From positions 1-64,000 of the forward strand of contig CAVQGX010000002.1 in assembly GCA_963712115.1 (NCBI GenBank): a stretch of 64,000 bases of DNA, in the 5' to 3' direction. The notes under the pieces are model-generated. The model did not search any database, had not been told where the DNA came from, and saw nothing but the letters and a program-made list of their open reading frames with translations. Numbering within the stretch: the stretch's first letter is position 1; every line of letters starts with the position of its first letter. The DNA comes from an uncultured delta proteobacterium (GTDB lineage Bacteria > Desulfobacterota > Syntrophobacteria > BM002). Made by a program: the position numbers and the translations under genes. This document shows, piece by piece, positions 31,630 to 42,665 of this stretch.

Positions 31630-31647
31630 TTGTTAAGATTTTAACAA
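31630..31647. promoter_or_regulatory. Rex-like operator upstream of the atp operon
   Basis: Perfect 7-4-7 palindrome TTGTTAA-GATT-TTAACAA, similar to Rex consensus TTGTGAA-N4-TTCACAA. Confidence 0.55.
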
Positions 31648-31700
31648 GGACACATTCGCCCCGGGTCTGAGGTGCGCGAAGCATTTCGGAGAGCGAGACT

Positions 31701-32129
31701 ATGATCAATCCGGATATTACCCTTATTATTCAGATGGTCAATTTCTTTATCTTACTTTTTGTCCTCAACTTGATCCTCTTTCGCCCCATCCGCAATATCA
31801 TCAAAGAACGAAATCAAATCATGCAAAACTTCAACTCGGACATTAACTCCTTGACAGACGAGGCCCAGGATTCCATGGAGCGCTTCGAACAAAAAGTCCT
31901 GGAGGCCAAGAAAGAGGGAATGTCCCGAGTACACAACATGAAGGGTGAGGGCGAGCAGGCAGAGGCAGAGCTCATCGCAGCTACCAATACGGAGGTCCAG
32001 GCCAAGGTCGAGGAGGCCCGGCAGAAAGTGGCGTCGGACATCCAGGAGGCTCGGACCCAACTGCAAGCTCAAGTGCAGGCCTTTTCTGTGGCCGTGACCG
32101 AGAAAGTCCTGGGGAGGAGCATTCAATGA
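31701..32129 (+). CDS. atpF2: ATP synthase Fo subunit b'
   Basis: TLIIQMVNFFILLFVLNLILFRPI plus coiled coil. Confidence 0.9.
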   Translation: MINPDITLIIQMVNFFILLFVLNLILFRPIRNIIKERNQIMQNFNSDINSLTDEAQDSMERFEQKVLEAKKEGMSRVHNMKGEGEQAEAELIAATNTEVQAKVEEARQKVASDIQEARTQLQAQVQAFSVAVTEKVLGRSIQ

Positions 32130-32722
32130 ACTGGTTGAGGCAGAAAGGGTCCGGCACAATTATCGTCCTTCTTGGCTGTTGCGGCCTCACGGTATTTCTG
32201 TCCACGGGAATGGCCTGGGCTGCAGCTGAAGGTGGCCATTCAATGTGGCCGGATTTCTTTTATCGGCTGCTCAATTTTACTATCATGGTGGCCGTGCTGG
32301 TGTTCCTCTTTAAGAAAATGAATCTCAAAGGCTACTTCACCAAAAGGACCGAAACCATCTCCAACACCCTCAGGGATCTTGAAGAAAAGAAGAAGGAAGC
32401 GGAGAAAACCTACGAGGAATACAAGCAGAAGCTGGCCCGGCTGGATGAGGAAACCGATCGCATCCTGAAAGAATATATTGAGCAGGGCGAGAGGGAGAAG
32501 GCCAAGATTATTGCCAACGCTGAAAAGGCTGCGGCGGAGATCCGCAAACAAACAGATGTTGCCATTGAACAGGAGATTAAAAGCGCCAAAGAGGGGCTGC
32601 AGCGAGAGATCGCTGAGCTGTCCGTAACTGCTGCAGAGGCGCTTCTTAAAGAGAAAATTGGGGACGAAGATCAGAAAAAACTGGTTGATGACTTCATGAC
32701 AAAAGTAGTGGAGGCCAAGTGA
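32126..32722 (+). CDS. atpF: ATP synthase Fo subunit b
   Basis: RLLNFTIMVAVL plus coiled coil; operon order. Confidence 0.9.
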   Translation: MNWLRQKGSGTIIVLLGCCGLTVFLSTGMAWAAAEGGHSMWPDFFYRLLNFTIMVAVLVFLFKKMNLKGYFTKRTETISNTLRDLEEKKKEAEKTYEEYKQKLARLDEETDRILKEYIEQGEREKAKIIANAEKAAAEIRKQTDVAIEQEIKSAKEGLQREIAELSVTAAEALLKEKIGDEDQKKLVDDFMTKVVEAK

Positions 32723-33261
32723 CCAATCAGATCTTAGCCAAAAGGTATGCCAAGGCGCTGCTGACTTTAGGTCGCGAAGACGGCAATTACGAGAAATACG
32801 GGGAAGAGCTGGATCAATTCGTGGCCATTTGGGAGGGGGCGCCGGAGTTTGCAGATGCTGCTTCCAATCCCATGTACACCAAAGAAAGCCGCAAGGCTAT
32901 TTGCAAGGCGGTGGTTGAGAAGATGGATTTTTCTCCGGTCTTTAAGAGCTTGATTGATTTGATGCTGGAGAAGAACCGGTTGGCCATTATCCCGCAGGTT
33001 AGCAGCTTCTATGAAAAACTTCTGGACGAAATGGCCAAAATTAGCAGGGCCAAGGTAACAAGCGCCATACCTCTTACTGAAGAGGCGGTGGAATCCATAA
33101 AGGCTTCCTTGGAAAAAACAGTTGGCCAGAGCATTGTTGTTGAAACAGAAATCGATCCCGAGCTTATTGGTGGAGTTATAGCTCGGGTGGGAGATTTGGT
33201 TTTAGATGGTAGCGTCAGGACTCAACTGGCGAGTATCAGAGAAACTCTAATAAAGGGGTGA
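32719..33261 (+). CDS. atpH: ATP synthase delta subunit
   Basis: AKRYAKAL, DPELIGG, DGSVRTQL. Confidence 0.95.
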   Translation: MTNQILAKRYAKALLTLGREDGNYEKYGEELDQFVAIWEGAPEFADAASNPMYTKESRKAICKAVVEKMDFSPVFKSLIDLMLEKNRLAIIPQVSSFYEKLLDEMAKISRAKVTSAIPLTEEAVESIKASLEKTVGQSIVVETEIDPELIGGVIARVGDLVLDGSVRTQLASIRETLIKG

Positions 33262-33270
33262 GGCGAGCCG

Positions 33271-34821
33271 ATGGAAATCAGGGCCGAAGAAATCAGTCAG
33301 ATTATTAGGGAACAGATCAAGGACTACGACAAGAAAGTTGAACTGAGCGAGACTGGCACCGTTCTCACTGTGGGTGACGGTATTGCCCGCGTCTACGGGG
33401 TAGAGAAGTGCATGCTCATGGAGCTCCTGGAGTTTCCCACCGAGCACGGCATTGTCTATGGCCTCGCCCTCAACCTGGAAGAAGACAATGTGGGTTGCGC
33501 CATTATGGGCGAGGTTACCCACATTAAAGAGGGCGCTGAGGTCAAGCGCACCGGTCGTATCGCCGAGGTGCCGGTGGGAGATGCGGTTGTCGGTCGGGTG
33601 GTGGACGGAGTGGGGCAGCCTCTGGACGGCAAGGGTCCCATCGAGGCCACCGAGTTTTCCCGAATCGAGCGGATCGCCCCCGGCGTTATTCAGCGCCAGC
33701 CGGTGAACGAGCCCATGTATACGGGGCTCAAGGCCATCGATGCCATGACCCCGGTGGGCCGGGGTCAGCGGGAGCTGATCATCGGCGACCGCCAGATCGG
33801 CAAGACCGCCATCGGGGTGGATGCTATCATCAATCAGAAGGGCCAGGATGTTATCTGTATCTACGTTGCCTGCGGCCAGAAAAAGTCCTCGGTGGCCCAG
33901 GTGGTGGAGACTCTCAGAAAGCATGGCGCCATGGACTACACCATTGTGGTCGCGGCCTGCGCCAGTGACCCTGCTGCGCTGCAATACCTTGCTGCATTCG
34001 CGGGGTGTGCCATGGGAGAGTACTACCGGGACCGCGGCCGACACGCGCTGATCATCTATGACGACCTCTCCAAGCAGGCGGTTGCCTACCGGCAGATTTC
34101 CCTGCTGCTCCGGCGGCCGCCGGCCCGCGAAGCTTTTCCGGGTGACATCTTCTATAACCACTCCCGTCTCTTGGAGCGGGCGGCAAAGCTATCGGACAAA
34201 GCCCCCGAATTGGATTCCCAGTTCGTCAAAGGCGGCGGCTCCTTGACGGCCTTGCCCATCATTGAAACTCAGGCCGGCGACGTCTCCGCTTACATTCCCA
34301 CCAACGTTATTTCCATCACCGACGGCCAGATCTACCTGGAGCCAGGTCTTTTCTTCGCCGGTGTACGCCCCGCCATCAACGTGGGTCTTTCCGTATCCCG
34401 GGTGGGCGGTGCCGCCCAGGTGAAGGCGATGAAACAGGTTGCCGGCCGTCTCCGTCTGGATTTGGCCCAGTTTCGCGAGCTGGAGGCCTTCGCCAAGTTC
34501 GGCAGTGACCTGGACAAGTCCACCCAGCAGCAGCTCAATCGAGGTATGCGGTTGGTCGAGCTTTTGAAGCAGCCCCAATATGTGCCCATGTCCATGGCCA
34601 AGCAGGTTACCTCCATCTACGCTGGTACCCGGGGCTTCTTGGACAAGTATCCGGTAGATAAGTTGGCGGCATACGAGCCGCAAATGCTGGAGTTCATCGA
34701 GCAAAAGCATCCTGAAATCTTTGCGGAGCTCGAAGAGAAGAAAGAGATCGGTGACGAACTGGACGGGAAAATGAAAAAAGCTCTCAGCGAGTTCGACGAG
34801 ATCTTCCAGGCCGCCGTTTAG
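33271..34821 (+). CDS. atpA: ATP synthase alpha subunit
   Basis: [22 protein letters not shown]. Confidence 0.98.
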   Translation: MEIRAEEISQIIREQIKDYDKKVELSETGTVLTVGDGIARVYGVEKCMLMELLEFPTEHGIVYGLALNLEEDNVGCAIMGEVTHIKEGAEVKRTGRIAEVPVGDAVVGRVVDGVGQPLDGKGPIEATEFSRIERIAPGVIQRQPVNEPMYTGLKAIDAMTPVGRGQRELIIGDRQIGKTAIGVDAIINQKGQDVICIYVACGQKKSSVAQVVETLRKHGAMDYTIVVAACASDPAALQYLAAFAGCAMGEYYRDRGRHALIIYDDLSKQAVAYRQISLLLRRPPAREAFPGDIFYNHSRLLERAAKLSDKAPELDSQFVKGGGSLTALPIIETQAGDVSAYIPTNVISITDGQIYLEPGLFFAGVRPAINVGLSVSRVGGAAQVKAMKQVAGRLRLDLAQFRELEAFAKFGSDLDKSTQQQLNRGMRLVELLKQPQYVPMSMAKQVTSIYAGTRGFLDKYPVDKLAAYEPQMLEFIEQKHPEIFAELEEKKEIGDELDGKMKKALSEFDEIFQAAV

Positions 34822-34852
34822 AATCAGACAAAGTGAGCGAGAGAAGCGACCT

Positions 34853-35725
34853 ATGGCAACCCAACGTGATATAAAAAGAAAGATCGAGGCGGTCAAAAAG
34901 ACCCAGCAGATCACCCGGGCCATGAACATGGTGGCAGCTTCAAAGCTTCGCACTACCCAACAGAAGCTGGACCAGTTTGTGCCTTATGCCAATCAGCTTA
35001 CGGAAATTATGAACCGGGTGGCGGCCGGGGTTGAGCCCGAGGGTTTTCCTCTGCTAATGGACCACGAGGAAGTGGTCAAGGTGGAGCTGATCTCTATCAC
35101 TGCCGATCGAGGTCTTTGCGGCGCTTTCAATACCAACCTGATCTCTGCCGCGGAGAAGTTTATGGCAGCAAAGGATCAGGAAGGTTTGGAGGTTTCGCTC
35201 TCCCTTATCGGCCGCAAGGGCAGGGACTATTTTCGCCGACGGAAGCGTCCCACCCGTGTTTTTCATGAGGGGATGCTCAACAATCCCAACATGGGTGACG
35301 CCACCGCCATTGGCCAGGAAGCAATTGACCTGTTCCTCACCCATGAGGTTGATGAAGTCCATCTTTGCTACGCCCAGTTCATCAGCATGGCCAACCAGAG
35401 GCCCGTGGTCAAGAAGCTGTTGCCCATAGCCCCCGTGACGGTGGAAGAGGAAGAGCAGGAACTTCTGGAATATATATTTGAACCCTCAAGAGCGGGGGTT
35501 CTCAATGATCTCTTGCCCAACTATATCCATTTGCAGGTCTTGGAGGCGTTTTTCCAGACCGCGGTGAGCGAGCACGCCGCCCGGATGGCCGCCATGGACA
35601 ACGCGGTCAATAACTGCAAGGAAATGGTGCGGGATCTGACCCTTGTCTACAATAAAGCCAGGCAGGCAGGCATCACCAAGGAACTTATGGATATCGTTGG
35701 CGGTGTGGAAGCTTTGAAGAAATAA
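34853..35725 (+). CDS. atpG: ATP synthase gamma subunit
   Basis: ITRAMNMVAASK, DRGLCG, RQAGITKEL. Confidence 0.98.
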   Translation: MATQRDIKRKIEAVKKTQQITRAMNMVAASKLRTTQQKLDQFVPYANQLTEIMNRVAAGVEPEGFPLLMDHEEVVKVELISITADRGLCGAFNTNLISAAEKFMAAKDQEGLEVSLSLIGRKGRDYFRRRKRPTRVFHEGMLNNPNMGDATAIGQEAIDLFLTHEVDEVHLCYAQFISMANQRPVVKKLLPIAPVTVEEEEQELLEYIFEPSRAGVLNDLLPNYIHLQVLEAFFQTAVSEHAARMAAMDNAVNNCKEMVRDLTLVYNKARQAGITKELMDIVGGVEALKK

Positions 35726-35748
35726 GAGTTTTTTTCAGCACTTCGTGA

Positions 35749-37167
<1,419 letters not shown>

Positions 37168-37232
37168 CGGGCTATTTCCCCGGGCGATTTTCTGATTGAG
37201 CCTGGGAGCCCAATAGCCTTGCACTTCGTTCC

Positions 37233-37351
37233 TGGAATAATGGAACGTTGGAATGATGGAAGAATGGGGGAAAAGAGGAAGAGGTCATATTAATAATCTG
37301 TCCAGTTCCTCTTGACCCATTATTCCACTCTTCCAGTATTCCAACATTCCA
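37233..37351. repeat. Inverted arrays of 8-nt TGGAAT(A/G)A-type repeats inside the atp operon
   Basis: tggaataatggaacgttggaatgatgg... / ...tattccactcttccagtattccaacattcca; same class at 33-68. Confidence 0.65.
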
Positions 37352-37390
37352 AATGTGAGTGAAGCGAACTAACTCGAAGATGGTGATTCT

Positions 37391-37804
37391 ATGGCAGAGA
37401 AAACCCTACATCTTGATGTGGTAACTCCTGAGAAGACGCTAGTTAGCGACGAGGTGGATATAGTGATGGCTCCCGGGTATTTTGGTGAATTCGGCGCCCT
37501 GCCCAATCACATTCCTTTCCTTGCCCAACTTCAACCCGGAGAGGTGAAGTATCGCAAAGGCGGCAAGCTCGAGTCCATAGCCGTTAGTGGCGGCTATGCT
37601 GAAGTGCTGCCCACCAAGGTGACTGTCTTGGCCACAACCGCTGAACGGGCCCAAGAGATTGATGTGGAAAGGGCGCGGGCTGCAAAGGAACGGGCCGAGC
37701 AACGTCTAAAAGAGCGGCAGGAGGGAGTAGACTTTGCCAAGGCGGAGGCCGCCCTGCAAAGAGCTATCGCCCGTATCAAAGCTGCGGAGAGAGCAAAGTT
37801 GTAG
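37391..37804 (+). CDS. atpC: ATP synthase epsilon subunit
   Basis: [24 protein letters not shown]. Confidence 0.97.
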   Translation: MAEKTLHLDVVTPEKTLVSDEVDIVMAPGYFGEFGALPNHIPFLAQLQPGEVKYRKGGKLESIAVSGGYAEVLPTKVTVLATTAERAQEIDVERARAAKERAEQRLKERQEGVDFAKAEAALQRAIARIKAAERAKL

Positions 37805-37830
37805 CTGAGAACGACATCCGATATACACTA

Positions 37831-37862
37831 GGCGGATCCTTATAGGGGGTCCGCCTTTTTTT
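37831..37862 (+). terminator. Rho-independent terminator after atpC
   Basis: ggcggatcc..gggtccgcc followed by a T-tract. Confidence 0.75.
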
Positions 37863-38163
37863 ATGCGCATAGGGCATAGAGCATGGAGCATGGAGTAAGA
37901 AGTCAGATGTCGGAGGTCAGAAGTCAGACGGAGATGGTTCAAAGTGCTGAATATCGAACAGCAGAACAAGGAACCGCAGAATGATGAAGTGATCACTTCG
38001 AAATTCGAAATTCCTTGTTTGACATTCTGCGGTTCAAAGAGGCGGTAGCTTAGATGAAATCAATTTTGTTTGTTTTTCTCCTGCAATTCTGGCTCCTGGA
38101 CTCCTTTGGCTGGTACCTAGTAGCACATTGCTATTTTGGCCTAGATAAAGTAAAAGAGAAATT

Positions 38164-38908
38164 ATGAAGGATGTTGCTGCCTTGGTCCTGGCCGCAGGTA
38201 AAGGGACCAGGATGTACTCAGATCTTGCTAAGGTCCTGCACCCGATTTGCGGGCGGCCTATGCTGTCATATCCCCTGGCAGCACTGGAGGAATTGAGATT
38301 AGGCCGGGTGCTGGTAGTGGTGGGCCATCAGGCTGAAAGCATCCAGGAGATTTTCGCAGAGGCCCCGGTGGAATGGGTATTGCAAAGCGAACAACTGGGA
38401 ACGGGCCATGCGGTCCTTTGTGCGCTGCCACATTTGGCTGATTTTACCGGCTCAGTACTGATCTGCTGTGGTGATACACCTTTGCTCACCACAGAGACCT
38501 TAGCGCATGTTTTTGACTACTCATGTAAACAGTGACAATGATCTGAGTGTCTTGAGCATGTTGTTGGAGGAGCCGGGAAGTTATGGGCGCATTGTGCGGA
38601 GTTCTGCCGGTGAAGTGTCAGGAATCGTCGAAGCCAAGGATGCTACTGGTCAAGAGAGGGACATTCGAGAGGTGAATACAGGGATCTATTGTGCCGGGGC
38701 AGCTTTGTTGCAGGGTGTGATCCCAGAAATCAGTAATGCTAACGCTCAGGGTGAGTACTATTTGACGGATATGGTAAAGCTGGCTTTGGAGCGGGGCTGG
38801 AAGGTGCAAGCCGTGGCTGGTTCCGACCCTACAGAATTTATGGGTGTCAATACCGAAGAAGAACTCGAGGAAGCCGCCAGGGTGATTGCGCAGCGCTCTA
38901 AAAGATAG
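38164..38908 (+). CDS. glmU: GlmU N-terminal uridyltransferase domain only (frameshift near 38510)
   Basis: LAAGKGTRM, EQLGTGHA, YGRIVR, EVNTGIY, EYYLTD, GVNT; stops before any hexapeptide domain. Confidence 0.8.
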
Positions 38909-38917
38909 TGATTAATC

Positions 38918-38987
38918 TGTGGGAGTGGCTTTTAGCCACGACCAGATTATGCAGGATAAGAGTCGCGGCTGGAAAGCCGCTCCCACA
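38918..38987. repeat. REP pair (TGTGGGAG...CTCCCACA type)
   Basis: gtgggagtggctttagccacga / tcgcggctggaaagccgctcccaca; partial copy at 63835-63875. Confidence 0.65.
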
Positions 38988-39028
38988 AGTTCTCTGCCAA
39001 AGCTGCAACATAAAAATTTGAGGTAAAA

Positions 39029-40858
39029 ATGTGCGGGATAATTGGACATATTGGCCAAAATGACTGCGTATCTCTGCTGGTAGACGGGTTGAGACGGCTG
39101 GAATATCGTGGCTATGACAGTGCCGGTATAGCCGTGGTCTGCGATGACAGAATCGAGGTGCGGCGCTGTCAGGGGAAACTGTCGCAACTCGAAATGCTCC
39201 TAACTGAACAGCCAGTGAGAGGCTCTGTGGGTATAGGCCACACTCGCTGGGCAACCCACGGGCCCCCCTCGGACATCAATGCCCATCCGCACAAAGTGGG
39301 GCCCATTGCGGTGGTTCACAATGGGATCATCGAAAACTATCTCCCCCTGAAAAAAGAACTCCTAGAGATGGGCTGTAAGATAAGCTCCGAGACGGATACC
39401 GAGATTGTGGCTCAACTCATCAACGAGGAGGTCAAAGGCGGAGCTTCTTTCGAGGAAGCGGTGATCAAAAGCCTTAAGCGCATAGAGGGCTCCTATGCTC
39501 TGGTCATTCTCAATGAACAGGAGCCGGACAAGCTAATTGCCGTGCGGAAAGAAAGCCCGCTGGTTTTGGGTCTGGCTGCCGATGCTTTACTGGTCGCCTC
39601 AGATATCCCCGCCATTTTGGGTCACACCAGAGAAGTTATCTTCCTGGATGACGGCGAGATGGTAGTACTTACCGGGAATTCATTCGAAGTGAGAGGCGAG
39701 GACGGCACGTCTCGGGAAAAAGAGGTGGCCCACGTCACCTGGAACCCAGTGATGGCTGAGAAGGCTGGATATACCCACTTTATGGAAAAGGAGATTTACG
39801 AGCAACCCCGAGCAGTTATCGATACTTTTCGCGGACGCATTAGCGAATCTACCGGTGAGGTTTTTCTGGATGATTTAAACTTGGACGATAAGTTGATTCA
39901 GTCCCTTGACAAGATCTTCATAGTGGCGTGCGGCACCTCCTACCATGCGGGTTTGGTGGGAAAGTTTCTACTGGAGTCTCTTTGTGGTTTGCCGGTGGAA
40001 GTGGAACTTGGTTCTGAATTTCGCTATCGCGACCCCATCATCAATTCGAAGACCCTACAAATTCTCATATCACAATCCGGTGAGACAGCTGATACGCTGG
40101 CGGGCTTGAGAGAAGGCCGTAAGAAAGGTGCCTTTCTTCTGGCCATTGTAAATGTGGTCGGTAGTAGTTTGGTCCGCCAATCTGATGGAGTTCTTTACAC
40201 CCACGCTGGTCCGGAAATTGGAGTAGCGTCCACCAAGGCCTTCACCACTCAATTGGTGGCGCTCTATCTACTGGCCCTTTATCTGGGGGTCAAACGAGGT
40301 AGGCTCACTCTGCAGGAGAGTCAAGAGCACATTTTGGAATTAGTTAAACTTCCAAAGAAAATGGAGACCACTCTGGATGAGGACGAGCGGATTAAAGCTA
40401 TTGCCCGCGAATATGCCAATGCGCGCGATTTTCTCTATCTTGGGCGTGGAATCAACTATCCCATTGCTTTGGAAGGAGCGCTAAAGCTCAAGGAGATTTC
40501 ATATATCCATGCCGAGGGCTATGCGGCCGGTGAAATGAAACATGGCCCTATTGCTCTCATTGATGAGCATATGCCTGTGGTTGCAGTGGTGAGTCGAGGC
40601 CTATCCTTTGAGAAGATGCTTTCCAATATAGAAGAGGTCAAAGCTCGCCGGGGGAAGATTATTGCAGTATGTGACAACTCGGAAGAGGAACTGGTTGGCA
40701 AAGTGGATGCCTATATTCAAGTGCCGGCCACCGAACCATTTCTGGCACCGATTCTTTTCACCATACCAATGCAACTGTTGGCGTATCATGTAGCGGTATT
40801 CCGCGGGACTGACGTGGATCAACCGCGGAATCTCGCAAAGAGCGTCACGGTCGAATGA
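39029..40858 (+). CDS. glmS: Glutamine--fructose-6-phosphate transaminase
   Basis: MCGIIG, GHTRWATHG, PRNLAKSVTVE. Confidence 0.98.
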   Translation: MCGIIGHIGQNDCVSLLVDGLRRLEYRGYDSAGIAVVCDDRIEVRRCQGKLSQLEMLLTEQPVRGSVGIGHTRWATHGPPSDINAHPHKVGPIAVVHNGIIENYLPLKKELLEMGCKISSETDTEIVAQLINEEVKGGASFEEAVIKSLKRIEGSYALVILNEQEPDKLIAVRKESPLVLGLAADALLVASDIPAILGHTREVIFLDDGEMVVLTGNSFEVRGEDGTSREKEVAHVTWNPVMAEKAGYTHFMEKEIYEQPRAVIDTFRGRISESTGEVFLDDLNLDDKLIQSLDKIFIVACGTSYHAGLVGKFLLESLCGLPVEVELGSEFRYRDPIINSKTLQILISQSGETADTLAGLREGRKKGAFLLAIVNVVGSSLVRQSDGVLYTHAGPEIGVASTKAFTTQLVALYLLALYLGVKRGRLTLQESQEHILELVKLPKKMETTLDEDERIKAIAREYANARDFLYLGRGINYPIALEGALKLKEISYIHAEGYAAGEMKHGPIALIDEHMPVVAVVSRGLSFEKMLSNIEEVKARRGKIIAVCDNSEEELVGKVDAYIQVPATEPFLAPILFTIPMQLLAYHVAVFRGTDVDQPRNLAKSVTVE

Positions 40859-41112
40859 GGCATGGAGCGTGGAGCAAGAGCTCGGAGCATAGCGTAAGGA
40901 GCCAGGAGTCAGAATCCAGAATTCAGGAGACAAGCAATCAAAATTGAGTCTCTGTCAACTATCTGACTCTTCCGCCGTGTCTCCGTCTCGCCGTTTCACC
41001 GCGTCGTCGCCAGCTGCGCCAGTAGCAAAATAGTGACTGACTTGACTAAAAATTGACAGGAATATTACAATACGGCATGAAATAGGGGCTGAAGCCAGGG
41101 GGAGATAATCAA

Positions 41113-41394
41113 ATGGGAGAGGAAAATAGCACTATCGGAAACGCAACCATACCTGTAGAAGAGGCAAGAACAGACCAAGAGACGCCTTTCGATCGCTTGG
41201 AATCGCGGATTGACACTCTCATCGAAAGGTATGAGAGACTCGTTGGCGAGCATAATCAGTGTGGTGAAAGGCTAGCGGAACAAGAGGGGCAAATCAGGGA
41301 CTTGGAGGCCAAGCTGGAGAAGTCTGAGAAGCAGAGGTCGGAGATTCGTGCTCGTCTGGATACATTGATAGAAAAACTTAGCCGTTTTTCTTAG
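41113..41394 (+). CDS. zapB: Cell division protein ZapB-like coiled coil
   Basis: FDRLESRIDTLI...IRARLDTLIEKL; directly upstream of zapA. Confidence 0.7.
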   Translation: MGEENSTIGNATIPVEEARTDQETPFDRLESRIDTLIERYERLVGEHNQCGERLAEQEGQIRDLEAKLEKSEKQRSEIRARLDTLIEKLSRFS

Positions 41395-41407
41395 GGGAGG
41401 CGAGAAT

Positions 41408-41677
41408 TTGGTCCAACAGGTGAAGGTAGGGATCCTGGGTCAGGAATACACCATTCACACCAAGGCCGACAGGGCGTACGTGGAAAAGGTGGCCCAACAT
41501 GTGGCCTCCAAATGCCAGGAGGCGCAGAACAGGCTCCACTCTTCTTCACTAGCGACCATTGCTCTTTTAGCCGCTCTGAATATTACGAGCGATTACCTCC
41601 AAATGAAGGAGGCTTATGAGCAACTGGTCGATCGGATCGAGAGTAAACAGGAAAAGCTCTCATCCATGTTGCCCTGA
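41408..41677 (+). CDS. zapA: Cell division protein ZapA
   Basis: ILGQEYTI, IALLAALNI; TTG start. Confidence 0.9.
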   Translation: MVQQVKVGILGQEYTIHTKADRAYVEKVAQHVASKCQEAQNRLHSSSLATIALLAALNITSDYLQMKEAYEQLVDRIESKQEKLSSMLP

Positions 41678-41688
41678 AGTCATTGATA

Positions 41689-41801
41689 CCCCTGGGGTGT
41701 TGGTGATTGGCAGCTTTCTCACGGGCCCAACATTCCCATCAATGAGGGGCAGTTAAAGAAGGGTTGCGACTGGTTCTCCGACCGGTATTACTAATAAGGG
41801 G
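41689..41801 (+). ncRNA. Short 6S-like structured RNA (paralog or partial duplication)
   Basis: 5' end CCCCTGGGGTGTTGGTGATTGGCAGC is nearly identical to the 6S 5' end; it has its own closing stems. Confidence 0.45.
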
Positions 41802-41852
41802 AAAAATCTAGAATATATTGTTATAATGTGTTTTATAAACCGGTAATTTATA

Positions 41853-42031
41853 CACCCCTGCGGTGTTGGTGATTGGCAGCAAGTTCTTGAGCCAACATTG
41901 ATAGAAGGGGGACCCTTCCTTGGCACGGTGTGCCGCGTCGGTGCTTCCGAAGCGCCTAAAGTGTCAACAGGGACCCCACCTGGTTGAACCAGGTTCATAA
42001 CAACCTGCCAACACGGCATCCTCGCGGGGGA
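41853..42031 (+). ncRNA. ssrS: 6S RNA
   Basis: ~180-nt long hairpin (cccctgcg/cgcgggg, ttggcag/ctgccaa) with a central bubble, in the canonical position after zapA; extended -10 TGTTATAAT at 41819-41827. Confidence 0.85.
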
Positions 42032-42665
42032 TTTTTTTGGCTAAAGCCCAGGAATCATTTTTATCTTGCTTAAATCATTATTTTTCGATATTTTCGTTAT
42101 TACCGCTCAAGAGGTTTCCTAGGCGGATTCCTTTTACGGCGGAGTGATGGTACATATCCGGTGTTGTAAGACTAAAGGGGTCGGGAAGGGGTCCCTGCCC
42201 GAGGCTTAGGAGGGGTAACTCGTAACCATCGCCGTTAAATGTGAAAAGGTTTTTCGAGCCTGCCATCAAAGGGGGCGTGAAAATAGGCCGGCGATTCAGC
42301 GGCTTGCCCAAATTCTTTTCAACAGCTGTCTGCTGAGATAAGCTGTTCAAATAAAAACTTTTTTTGTGGACCAATTTACCGAGGCATCTATATAACCAAG
42401 AAAAGGAGGATCTTTAGTTAACTCAGGCAGGAATGCCTATCTAGGTTGTCCCCTACGGGAAGAAGTGTGCTGAGGAAGGTGCAGTTCTACCGGACAACAA
42501 TACCCCACCCCGAATATCTCGCCGGAATGCTTTACGCCACCCATCAACTTTTCCACGGATCCGTCTGGTGATTAGGCCTGAGCGGGACTTCTGTACCGGT
42601 AAGCAGTTGATTTCTCTCTCTTTTGAGGGACTAGTACAGTTCCTAAGGATGTGGGAGCTAAGACC

